A stretch of 64,000 bases of DNA, from the NCBI RefSeq assembly GCF_009914755.1, contig NC_060939.1, one strand, 5' to 3'. How positions within the stretch are numbered: position 1 is the stretch's first letter; each line of letters begins with the position of its first letter. Source of the DNA: the human T2T-CHM13v2.0 reference genome, Homo sapiens. The notes below the pieces were generated by a model. It saw nothing but the letters and a program-made list of their open reading frames with translations. It did no database searches and was not told the DNA's origin. A program made the position numbers and the translations under genes. Below, piece by piece: positions 33,751 through 45,970 of this stretch.

Positions 33751-36480
33751 CATATTTGGTCAATCCTGGAGAATTGTCCATGCTCTAGTTATAAGAATGT
33801 ATATTCTGCCTTTTTTTTTTTGGATAAAATGTTCTGTTTATGTCTGCAAGGTATATTTGGACTAAAGTCCAGTTTACATCTGATGTTTCATTCTTGATTT
33901 TCTGCCTAATGCTGAGAATGAGTTAAAAGTGCCCCAATATTATTTTACTGGAGTCTATATGTCTTTTTAGGTGTAGTTCTAGTAATATTTGCTTTATGAA
34001 TCTGAGTATTCCAGTGTTGTGTTCAATATATTTAGAATTGTCATATCCTCTTAATGCATTGATTCTTTAATTATATAATGACTTTTTGTGTGGGTATGTT
34101 TGTGTGTGTGTTTACTGTTTTTGACTTAAAGCCTGTTATCTAAGTATAGCTATTCCTGCTGGCTTTTGGTTTCCATTTGTGTGGGACATCTTATTACATG
34201 CCTTTACTTTCAGTTTATTTATGTCTTTAGAGGTATACTGCATTTCTTATAGGCAGCATATATTGGAACTTTTTAAAAAATCCATTCAGCCAGACTATAT
34301 TTTTAAGTGGAGAATTTAATCTATTTAAATTTAAGGATATTATTGACATGAGGTTTTGTTCCTGTTAAAATGCTACTTTTTTCCCATTTGTTTTCTGTAT
34401 TTTTTGTTTCTTTCCTTTTCTATTATTTATTGTCCTTTTTGTTTGCTGAGAGTCTGTGGTAGTTTGCATAATTTCTTTTCCTCATTTGTGCATTTCCTTT
34501 ACCAGTAAGTTTTATATTTTCATGTGTTTTCATGATGCTAACTGCTGTCCTTTTACTTCCAAGCTTAGGACTCCCTTGCACATTTCTTTTTTTTAATTTT
34601 TTTTGAGACAGAGTCTTGCTTTGTTGCCCAGGCAACAAAGAATTAAGGAATTCTTCAGTCCCAGAATTTGTTTGCTTCTTTTTCATGATATCTATCTCTA
34701 TGATAAATTTATTGTGCATATCCTGATTTTTTTTGCAATTTCTTTGTATTGTTTTTATGGAATTCTCTTGTATCTCATTGAACTTCTTTATTATCATAAT
34801 TTTTTATTTTTTTGTTTAGGATTTTGTGAATTTCTTTTTGATTGGAATTTGTTGCTGGAGAATTGCTCTGTTCCTTTGAGGGTTAAATGGAAATTTTCTT
34901 GCGTTTTTATGTTTCATATGTTTTTACATTGATATCTGTGCAACTGGTGTAATCGTCACTTCTTTCAATTTTTTGAATATGCCTTCAAAGGCAAGAACTT
35001 CTTCCTGAAGATGTACCAATGGTGTTGGTTGGGTAGGCTCTCTAGATTTGATTCCAGGTATACACTGTAGTATAGTCTCCATATAATTTATTAGGCTGTA
35101 AGCAGCGTCGGTGGTATATGTGATTTCCCTGCTGATTTAGGTGTGATTACCAGTGTAAGTTATCACTGTGCTGTCCCCAGTAATCTAACTCATAGGGAGC
35201 ACTACTCCTGGAGGAAAGGATGGCACAGTGCATCAAAAAGGTGGCTCCTGAGACAATGGAAATCATAACACATACTTTCCAGAGCATGAGCACTTCCTGT
35301 CTGGGTCTGTGAAAAGTGACTCCACCTCCAGTCATAGTACAAAGCCTCTTCTTGGCCTCATGGGTGGAGAGTTGGAACAAGGATGCCAGGTGGGCCAGTC
35401 TTCATGCATTGGGCCGAAATGCTTGTTCTTGGGCACCAGGACTGGGTATACTTGCACTGGTATTAATAGGACCAGGTTGGCCAATTCTTCAGCCTCCTGG
35501 TGTCTTGCTTGGGTGCTGGTAGTGGCGGCAATTGGCTTGGCAGATAAGCAGGTTCTCGAGTCTCTGGGAAGTCGGTGTGTTGTGAGCAATGTCAATAGCA
35601 CTAGTTGGAAAATGCTTTGGGTCTTGAGTGGCCTTGGTGTTGGCAGTGGCTGTGATTTGGGGCCACCGCCCACAACCCCAGAGGTTCAGCTCTCAAGTTA
35701 ATCTGCTTTTGGTGGCAACAGCACCACAGCACCACACACAGCAGAGAGGGGCTCTGTTCTTCACACGTTATCCTGAGCATGGACACCATGCTGCCAGTGG
35801 GGATGCAGTCACCACTCACAGCCCTAGACAGGCAACCCTCTGGCTTGCTTGTCCCAGCCTCCAGCAGCACAGAAGTAGCTTCAGGTGCAGCAGTGTGCAG
35901 AGCAGGAGGAGGGACCCTGCTCTCCATGTATGAGCCTGAGCAAAGAGTCCTCTGCTGGTGGGAGGGGATCTCACTCTCAGCCAGTGAGGCCAAGAACAGA
36001 CTTTGTGCTATGACTGGGGGTGGAGTCGCTTTTCACAGACCCAGACAGGGAGTGCTCATGCTCTGGAAAGTGTGTACTGTGATTTTCTTTGTCTCAGGGG
36101 CCATCTTTTTGATGCACTGTGCCATCCTTTCCCCCATGAGTAGTGCTCCCTGTGAGCTAGATTACTGGGGTTAGCGCAGCAATTACAGAACCTTTGGGTC
36201 CAGTTAGTGCTGTGCCCACTAAGGTCCTCTCTGTGGACACTGAAGTATGTCAGTGGGAGATCCAGGATGTGGATATATGGGAGCCGTGGTTCCCAGGAAA
36301 GAATACAGTCCCATAATGGCTTTGCTCTCACTATGGCACCCTGCTGAAGCCACTTAGATCTCTGGGTATGAGTGAGTCAACACAAGTTCCTTTTCTGGTG
36401 TAATGCGCTTGCAAGGTCTCCAGTCCACTGCCCATGCTAGTGTTAGTGCTCATGTGGGTAGAGCAGCTCTCTTGTGGTTT
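33751..36480 (-). mobile_element. L1M (ORF2 start, ORF1, GC-richer 5'UTR) inserted in the ERV
   Basis: ORF 34423-34797(-) MIIKKFNEIQEN is L1 ORF1 coiled-coil-like; antisense endonuclease phrases at 33750-34330. Confidence 0.75.
35159..36186. repeat. Inverted repeat with ~200-bp arms (35159-35360 and 35985-36186)
   Basis: Direct reverse-complement match. Opposite-strand ORFs 35147-35380 and 35779-36174 share MTGGGV.FHRPRQ.VLMLWKVC...ELDYWG. Confidence 0.95.
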
Positions 36481-36936
36481 GGATTGGAGCCATATACCCA
36501 TGTGTGGATAAAATGGCCAAGGGGTGGAGAAGAGCTCATTTGGGGGCTCCTTGACACAAAAGCCTACTGCACTGTGATTTCAAAACCAATGGTTGAACTA
36601 TCACAAGAAGTTAAAGTTAGGGAAAATATGGGGATGCAGCAGTTGATACTGTTAAGTTAAAAGTTTGAATAAAAATTGAAGTATGAACAGATTGTATGTG
36701 AAAAACTGATTGTATCTCCTTTACCTGAATGTAATATTGATGTGAATAACATATCTGACTGAAAGGATAGTTACCCTATCTAGAATTGTAATACAGAAGG
36801 CATGTAAGTTCTCCCCTCAGTCAGTATTAATCAGATTTTCTAAATGAGAACTAATAAAACTGTCTAAACTCACATGGGTAGTTAATTTGAAAGAGTAAAA
36901 AATGTGGAAGAGTAAAAAACTAGTTGAAAAAAATGA

Positions 36937-37263
<327 letters not shown>

Positions 37264-37464
37264 AGAGATTACCATTTTAATTAATGTCATTTTAGCAGCT
37301 GAAGAACTGGTACCAAAAAATTCTCTATACAGTATCCCTATGTGGATACTGAATGGTTTCCCAGAAACTGGAAGGCTCATGGAAACTAACAATAGATTAT
37401 CAAGGCTTGAATAAGGCAATACTACCTACAATATTAGCAGTCGCTGATATGGTTTCAATGGCAA

Positions 37465-37510
37465 CACACACATGCATGTGCACACACATACACACACCCA
37501 CACATACACA
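37465..37510. repeat. Imperfect (CA)n microsatellite
   Basis: Read directly. Confidence 0.85.
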
Positions 37511-37531
37511 TCCAAAGAGACTGGTACTCGA

Positions 37532-37859
<328 letters not shown>

Positions 37860-38237
37860 TAAGATTTGTTTTTACTTCCAATCTCAGAAAGAGTCAATCA
37901 CAGTTTTCCTTCATGTGAAAATGAGGATCCAATTTGCATGTATTGTTTTGCCACAGGGTTATGGAAATTTACAAGATTGCTCATTTAATTTGGCTAAAAG
38001 ATACCTGGGACTTGATACAGATCCTAAGCATGATGATAAAACACACTGATGATATCGTGATAATATTTGAAACCAAAGAAGGTAGGACTGACTAAATACA
38101 GTGGTGGCATGCATGACTAACATAGGATGGTTGATAAATCCAGCAAAAATCAAAGGGCCTGCCTGAGTCATGAAATTCTTAAGAATAACCTTAGCAGGGG
38201 CCACCTGTGGCATACCACAGGCAACAAAAAATAATAT

Positions 38238-38672
38238 ATTGTCTGTGTTTTTGTGTGTGTATGTGTGTTGCTACAAAGGAATACTCAAGGCTGAGTAATT
38301 TGTAAAGAAAAGAGGTTTATTTGGCTCACAGTTCTGCAAGACATACAGGAAGCATGGTGCCAGCATTTGCTTCTGGGTATGGGCTTGAGGCTGCTTCCAT
38401 TCATGGTGGAAGACAAATTGGAACCAGCGTGTGCAGAGATTACATGGCAACAGAGAAGCCAAGGGGTGGTCAGGGGAGATGTCCAGCTCTTTTTAACAAC
38501 TAGCTTTCCTGGGAACTAATAAAGCGAGAACTCACTCACCCCTAGGGAGGGCATTGCGGTATTCATGAGGGATCCACTCCATAGCCTGAACACCTGCCAT
38601 TAGGCCCCACCTCCAACACTGGGAAACAAATATCAATGTGAGGTTTGGAGGGGTGAAACATCCAAACGATAC
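38238..38672 (-). mobile_element. MaLR solo LTR (MSTB-like)
   Basis: GTTGCTACAAAGGAATACTCAAGGCTGAGTAATTT...GGAAGCATGGTGCCAGCAT...CATCCAAAC. Confidence 0.88.
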
Positions 38673-39354
38673 CCTTGTCACTGTCTACCTGCTGTAATTA
38701 AGGAATAAGCACAACATCTGGTTGGGTTGTTTGGATATTGGATGATGCATGTTGCAATCCAAGAATATTGCTAGCTCTTATACATAAAATTACCCCAGAA
38801 AGGAAAAATTTGAAATTGGGAACCAAACAATAGTAGGTATGTATGAACTGCAAAAATGGTGGTTCACACAATCCCTTTGGAACCTTATGATCTGCATTCA
38901 GATATAATTTTGGAAGTATCTACAACTTGCATTCATGCAGACTAGAGTTTATGGCCAAAGCCTGTTGGTGTCACTCACCAGTGATTGTTAGGATTTGGGG
39001 CCATAAAATTTCCACACATAATGATACATTAACACCATTTGAGAGACAATTATTGGCTTGCTATTAGACATCAATTGGAGCCACCCTCTATGAATAAGGG
39101 GCATAAAATAATCATGAAACTTGAAATACCGTAATGTCTTGGATAACATCAGGGAAATGGTCTAACACGGAAGAGAGTGCCCAGAAGAGCTCCATAATAA
39201 AATGAAACTGATTGAAACAGGTTTATGCATTCAGAAGAATACAAGAAGGCACTACTCATCAGATTCATGGACATGTAGCCTGTTTTCCTCTAGGGCCAAA
39301 TTTGGAACAACTAAGGAGCTGCCAGATTTTATTGCCACATGAGTGGTGCCCTAT

Positions 39355-39938
39355 TGAGAGGTGAAGCCGGATGGGCTTCTGGGTGGAGTGGAAACTTGGA
39401 GAACTTTTCTGTCTAGCTAAAGGATTGTAAATGCACCAGTGAGCACTCTGTGTCTAGCTAAAGGTTTGTAAATGCACCAATCAGCACTCTGTAAAAATGG
39501 ACCAATCAGCACTCTGTAAAATGGACCAATCAGCCCTCTGTAAAATGGACCAATCAGCAGGATGTGGGTGGGGCCAAATAAGGGAATAAAAGCTGGCCAC
39601 CTGAGCCAGCCCTGACAAGCCGCTGGGGTTACCGTCAACGGATGGAAGCTTTGTTCCTTCGCTCTTCGTGATAAATCTTGGTGTAGCTCATCCTTTGGGT
39701 CCACACTACTTTTAAGAGCTGTAACACTCACTGTGAAGGTGTGTGGCTTCTCTCCTGAAGTCAATGAGACCACGAAACCACCAGAAGGAAGAAACATTGG
39801 ACACACCTGAACATCTGAAGGAACAAACTCCGGACATGCCGTGTTTAAGAACTGTACCACTCAGCGCGAGGGTCTGTGGCCTCATTCTTGAAGTCAGCGA
39901 GAGAAAGAACCCACTGGAAGGAACCAATTCTGGACACA
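39355..39938 (+). mobile_element. LTR12 (ERV9) solo LTR
   Basis: TGAGAGGTGAAGCC start, tandem ACCAATCAGC repeats, AATAAAAGC, and AATTCTGGACACA end. Confidence 0.95.
39470..39595 (+). promoter_or_regulatory. LTR12 CCAAT (NF-Y) array and TATA-like AATAAAA
   Basis: Four CCAATCAG copies followed by GGGAATAAAAGC; established ERV9 promoter architecture. Confidence 0.7.
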
Positions 39939-41399
39939 CAGTAAACAGCACTTGATTGGCCAACAGAAACCTATTTCGTTTACAAATGGTCGTTCCAAGG
40001 TGAATGGACAATATCCTGTTTGGAAGGCTGCCACACTATGACCAACTGTTGAAAAAACCCTGATTGACGATAAGAACAAAGCAGGTGAGTAGTCATAATT
40101 TCATGTTTTTTTTTTTTTTGTAGAGATGAAATAGTTGAACAATAGCAAGAACCTTAATATTTAGGTCTTTACCCACTTATCAGTGGCATTGGCCTTACCA
40201 TATGTTCAGGAAGATGGGCAATGCAGAACTGAATTATTAAAGGGATTCTTGTATGGGGCGTGATTCCATAGAAATCACTCTGTGAATTTAAGGGACACGT
40301 TAAAGTGACACATATTCATGCCCATGAGAAGAATTCCCCTTCATGATCGAAAGGTAATTGGAACCAACTAGTGGACTTCCTGGCAGGCTCACTTGAGTTA
40401 GCCGCTTTGGTGGGTGAAATGAGTGGACAAGGGGAGCTACAAGATGGGATGGATAGTCTGATCATTGATACACATCTCTTGCACTCTTCGAGGCACAAAA
40501 TGACAACGAAAACTTTTCTGTCTAGCGACAAGATAGACCAAGACTGTAGATGGCTATGGGGTAGATTCCCTGGTGGTCGGGGGTAAGGGAAGGTCTCACA
40601 CATAGCTGGCAAGCAAGACTATGTCTTACCACACTGTAGTTCCAGGGGACTATGTAAGAGTCCTGAAAGGAATAGAGACTCAAGTGTGCTTTGCATACAG
40701 CCTAGTGGTGGATGCAAATGCTCCAAACACTTGTATGAAATCAAAGTACTATACCAATGTGGACTACTAAGTTACTTTTTTTCAGAACAGGGAACATGCT
40801 TACAGCCCATGGTGCCCAACAGTTAAAAATATTTCACATCAAATGTACATATCACCTGTTGGAGTACTTGGAACAGGAATTTGAAAGGTGTTGTCTAAAA
40901 TGAGAGAAGATGAGGGTGAAGGGCTAGCTTATATACTTTGATAAAGTGCACACCATCAGAAAGGCCAAAAGGGGGCTTCCACTTGGTAGATTCCTCTGCT
41001 TTTCTGAGGGATCTGGGCAAAAAGAAATGGGGGAGGTTGTTACAATTCTTACCCGTATCATCTTACCTTTCTTTTTCTCTTGTTTTCCTTTTTGACACAT
41101 GGGTCATTCACACTTTGTTGTAAAATATCCAAATATTGAGGAGGATTTCAACACTTCTTTCTTATACTAATTTTCAGTTTAATACTGTTTATATTGGAAA
41201 ACATGCTTTGTAGGATTTCAATCCTCTTACATATATTGAAAATTGTTGTTCAATGTCTGAGACCCATTGTTTCATACATTTTGACCAAAGTTCTTGTTTT
41301 TAAAAGGGAGTAGTACATGTCCAGAATTATTCACTCTGTCAGAACCCCTGCAGAAGTCTGTGATTATAATTTAAAAGTGAAGTTAAAAACCACAGTTGA

Positions 41400-42190
41400 A
41401 CATCACTAATTGGCGAAATGCAAACTAAAACTACAATAAAATACCACGTTATACCCATTAGGATGACTACTATAAAATTGAAAAAACAGAAAAGTGTTGG
41501 TGAAAATGTTGAGACGTGGAAGCCTTGCACAGCGTTGGTGGGAATGTAAAATGGTACAGCTGCTGTGGAGAGCAGTCCAGCAGTTCATCAAAAAATAAAA
41601 ATAAGATTACACGTCATCAAGTAATTCCCCTTCTTGGCATATGCCCAAAAGAACTAAAAGCATGCTCTCAAAAATATACTGGTACACCCGTGGTCATAGC
41701 AGTGTTATTCACAATCTCTTAAATATGGAAGCAACCCAAGTGTACACAGAAAGCCAAATAGATAAATAAAATATGGTGTATACATACGCTGGAATACCAT
41801 TCAAGCTTAAAAAGGAGGAAAATGCTGAAGTATGGTACAACATTGATGAGCCTCAAGGGCATTACACTAAGTGAAATAAGCCAGTCACAAAAAGACAAAT
41901 ATTGTCTCATTCTGTTTAAGGAGGTACTTTAGAGTACTCTGACAAAGTCATAGAAACAGAAAATAGAATGGTGGCTGTCAAGGACTATGGGGAGAAGAGA
42001 ATGGGGAGTTATTGTTTAATGGGTACAGAGTTTCAGTTTTACAAGATGAAATGTGTTCTGAAGATGATGGAAGCTACACATCTGAAGATGCATTAACAGT
42101 ATATACGTGCTTAATGCCAATAAAATGTACACGTAAAAGTGGTTACAATGGTAATTTTATATTATGTGTATTTTATTGCAATAGAAAAAG
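41400..42190 (+). mobile_element. L1MB 3' end
   Basis: CATCACTAATTGGCGAAATGCAAACT...GTTTAATGGGTACAGAGTTTCAGTTT...TATGTGTATTTTATTGCAAT. Confidence 0.88.
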
Positions 42191-44699
42191 TTACGCAAAC
42201 TTAAAACACATGCAGAGTTGCCTGCTTTTCTTCAGCCTGTCTGAGTTTCAGGGCTGGGATAAACAGAAAACAGGAGGGAGAGACCATATGTGGATGCACT
42301 GGGCTGAAGTGATATGTATGGAGTAGGAAGAGAGGTGAAGCTAGGAAGAAGTGAAAACAAGATAAAAATAAATGCTCAAAGAACAGGAATTTAGTAGGTA
42401 TCAAAGTATTGCTTACACTGATTTTCTCAGGCACGTGAGTGGGAAGTGGAGGTTGGAAATCGGGATGCTTGGAACTGAGATTTTGGAGATACACAGTTAA
42501 TGAATGGTTGGAAATTAAACATAAGCATGGCTTTGCATTAATGGCTCAATTCTGCTCAACAGCGGAATTGTTGTCCACAGGGAACTGCATGGTGGTGTAG
42601 CTTTGGCGGGGCTTGTGGAAGCAAATGGCCAGTCTTTATCCCTGTGTAATGGAGGAGGATTCCTGGCGCCTCCTTGTGCTGCTTCATGCAACTGTTTCCT
42701 TCAGGTTGCTCTCCCCAAAGCGCCTGGGATTGCAGCAGCAGAGGTGCTTGATGGACTGTGCCTGTCTCTACCTGCCTTCCTCTCCCTGTGTCTGAGCTCC
42801 CTGCATTGGATGAGCTGCTTTTTGGTATTTTATTGATGAGTCCAGCCCAAGGCTTACTGCTCAAGAATGACCTCATTCTTTCATCTCACTAATCTTCCTG
42901 CAAGTAACTGCAGGTCCTTAGAATTTGGAATAGACAAGTAAGGTCCCTGATATAGGTGTACAAGGAAAGATTAAGCCCTCATTGTGTGTGTTATTTTACA
43001 CAGAATGGAAAGGTTGCAGGGGTTTGACAAAGAGTGGGTTCAGAGCTTGACAGAGTGATAAAGCATCATAAAGCCTGCAAGAAGAAAACAGGTAGCAATG
43101 CCTTAGCCTCCTACATTTATGCTTTGGTCTCCTGCATGCACTATTTATTCCTGAAGTGCTGGGAAAGGATGCAGCACTAATGTTCAGTCCTGTGGCCCAG
43201 GTGCAAGGCAACAGCGTTTGAAATGAGGGCTGGGGTCGTCTGAGGGGAATCTGGTATAATAGCTCATTTTGTACAGGCTTTATTCCAGAAGACAAAGCCA
43301 GCTAGTGTCAAAGAGCTGGGAAGGAGAATGTAAGGGAGGAGAGAGGGACAAAAGGGGGACCCTCTGCCCTCAGGAGATTCTGCTAGGAGCACTGGCCACC
43401 CCTTTGTCTCTCAGCTCTCTTCTCTCAGAAGAAGGGATGGGGCGCAGAGAGATGGGGGGATGTTGGCTTGTGTGTTTTTGTCTTTTTTTTTAAACCCTCC
43501 CTGATCTTCCCCTTTTTCTTTCCCTCTGAGTTTAGGGTTGTGATGGGCAAATTGTATGGTGTCTCCACAGAACAGCCTGATTGTGGCCTCACATTATTGA
43601 CTTCTTGGGTTTCTCTGGTTGATACCTACAGATATTTGTGGGTACTGTGCACCAGAGCGGATTAATTGGGCACCATGTAGGAGATATGTTAGAGACAATG
43701 CAAAAAGAGGAAAGGAAGTTTTAATTAGACAACCTGCGTAGTGATGGCTCAGAGGGCTGAAGTGGTATCAGAAATTGAAAAGAATAACTGTTGGTTTGGA
43801 AAAATTGCTTCCATTTCATAATCGTCTATTTCCTTAATAGCTTTCATTTCACACTCCAGTCCTAGAGAAAATTATTGCGTGGGATTCAGAAGACATCCCG
43901 CATAGATAAAACTACTGCAGAGCTCTTGAAATTAAGGCCCTTCAGATAATGTGGTGTCCGGGCTGGGCATTGGAGAGGTTGTACGTGAGAGGCAGCACGG
44001 AGTGCAGTGTGGGGAATACAGAAAAAGGGATGCCCTCTTTGTGCATCGAGGGGTCTCCACAGTGGGCTTTGTATACCGAGGGGTCCTCTTTGTGCCTCTG
44101 TTCTCTTCCTCATTCATAGAGAGGCTGGGGGAGGGGAGTGGTTGGGGGCTGGGGAGATGCTGGCTGTGCTGCTTCTCTGTTCTAACCCTTGCAGCCTATT
44201 CTTCTCTTTGGGCTCAAGAGCCCTAATCATCTATTTTATATTCTTTAACTGTTCAGACTTAAATTGCCTCCACTTAAGTTGCCTTGATTTGCTAATTTGC
44301 TGCAGAAAGTTCTAAAGAGATCTCTGGTTCATGTGTAGAACAAAAGGTTCACAAAAATTCTCGAGAGCCTCTGGTTTCAGACAGGAAATCACAGGAAGCT
44401 GGGGCTGGACAACGTGAGTTAAGAGTGTGAAGGAGAGCTAAGTCTCTGTCAAGACTGAATGAATAAATCAATAAAGCCTCAGGTAGCTCAATCAAGATTT
44501 CTGCAATACTGGCAGACACATTCATTGTCCCACATCTCCCAAACCCAATATTCTGTTGCCACTCACTGGCAGGGGTGCACTTCGGACGTGATGTCTTCAC
44601 TGTTTAACAAGACTCAGAGCAGACTGTTTGAGATTGGGGGGATTCTCGGGAAACCTGGTATGCTGGTCTGTGTCTGTGAGAGCTTTGTTTCTGCAAAAA

Positions 44700-44800
44700 A
44701 ATGTGTGGACCAACAGCTGGGAGGGGGAGTGTGTAGGAGGGAGGGAGGGGCAAGCCGTGAGCCCTCCCGTTGAGAGGAGGGGGCTTCCGGCCTTGCACTC
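44700..44800. promoter_or_regulatory. G-rich tract with ETS-like site (candidate element)
   Basis: GGGAGGGGGAG...GGAGGGAGGGAGGGGG and CTTCCGG (44784-44790) in non-repeat DNA; motif evidence only. Confidence 0.3.
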
Positions 44801-45624
44801 TCTTCTTTGATGCCTGGCAAGTTCTTCATTGTGTTTGTGTCTCTTTTAGGGTCACAGCAGAAGCAGGGGTGGGAATAGCAGGGAGAAACAGAGGGCTAAT
44901 GCGCTGCCGACCCTTCTAACCTGACATCCTCTCTTGTGGGCTGACAGCCGTTCATCAGCCATTTTCTGTTCTGTTCCTATGAAGGCAGACTTCAGTGCCT
45001 CCAAATAAATTGCCTTTATGCCTATCTGCTCCCCATCCAAATACAACTGTGGGTGTGGACATTTGGGATGGAATATTGGGGCCTTCGATTCGGGTGTGGA
45101 TGAATGGAGAAGTCCTGATCATCTATGGTTTAAGATGTGGAATTAAAAGGCAGATGGAATTCGACAAGAGGTGAGTTAAGAACTTGATAGAGTCAAGGGT
45201 GACTTCAATAACAGCTCAAAAAATAAAATAAAAAATAAAGAAAAGAAAAAACATAGCCTTAGGAGGCCCTAATGTCAGAAATGCAAATTGTGCTCAATGA
45301 AAGCCTTTTGCCCACATTAACTTTCTGACCCCAGAAGCATGCCTAGCTCAGGGCTGGTACAGGGTACTGATGATATTCTACATGATCATCCAAGGAGAGC
45401 CCACAATAGCTGAAGTTTCGGTCTGCCCTGTGCCATATCTGTGCAGGTTTTTATTTTTTGTCCTTTTGATGACAAAGTTGATTACAATCTGCTGGAAGGG
45501 ACAGTTTTGTTAGACATTTGCTATATTTTTCAATGTAGTAAGGCTTGGATGTTTGAAATTGGGATTCTTGAGTAAAAGCTGATTTCAGGCCTATGAGTAA
45601 AAATGCTGTGTTTTTGAGAACAAA

Positions 45625-45970
45625 TCTCTTCGTGAGTCACTTGTGTCCATAGCAGCCAAAGGGGAGGGTGGGGGGGCTTGTGTCTGCGTCCTGGGAGGGG
45701 TCCTCTGGGAGCATGCGCACTCCCTCTTGCTGCATTGCAGGGTCTTTGTGCTCCTGCGTCAGCACTGGGAACTTGGTGGTGGGGTGGTTTGGAGAAGAGC
45801 GGAGGAGGTTGTGCGTTTGTCTTTATCCCCCGGCTTCTCCCTCCCTCTCAATGACGCCATGATTATTAATAAACCATTTCTCACTTATTGCTGCAGATGT
45901 AAACACTTCACCAGAATTGCGCAGCTCTTGCGTGCGCTTTCCTATTGACGTAGCTGGCGGGCTGGGATTT
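45625..45970. promoter_or_regulatory. Candidate enhancer/promoter motif cluster
   Basis: AP-1 TGAGTCA (45633), KLF/SP G-tract (45661), NRF1-like GCATGCGCA (45711), CRE half-sites (45755, 45852, 45946) and TTGCGTG (45928); CpGs locally retained. Confidence 0.45.

Noticed and set aside
35147-36174. Two similar peptides on opposite strands suggesting paralogous genes
   Set aside because: They arise from the DNA inverted repeat in an L1 5' region; there is no coding or splice evidence.
39417-39560. Short regular repeats resembling a CRISPR-like array
   Set aside because: They are the standard LTR12 CCAAT tandem repeats, with no unique spacers, in primate DNA.
44025-44098. Short imperfect repeats (CCTCTTTGTGC, CGAGGGG)
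   Set aside because: Too short and degenerate to distinguish from local slippage.
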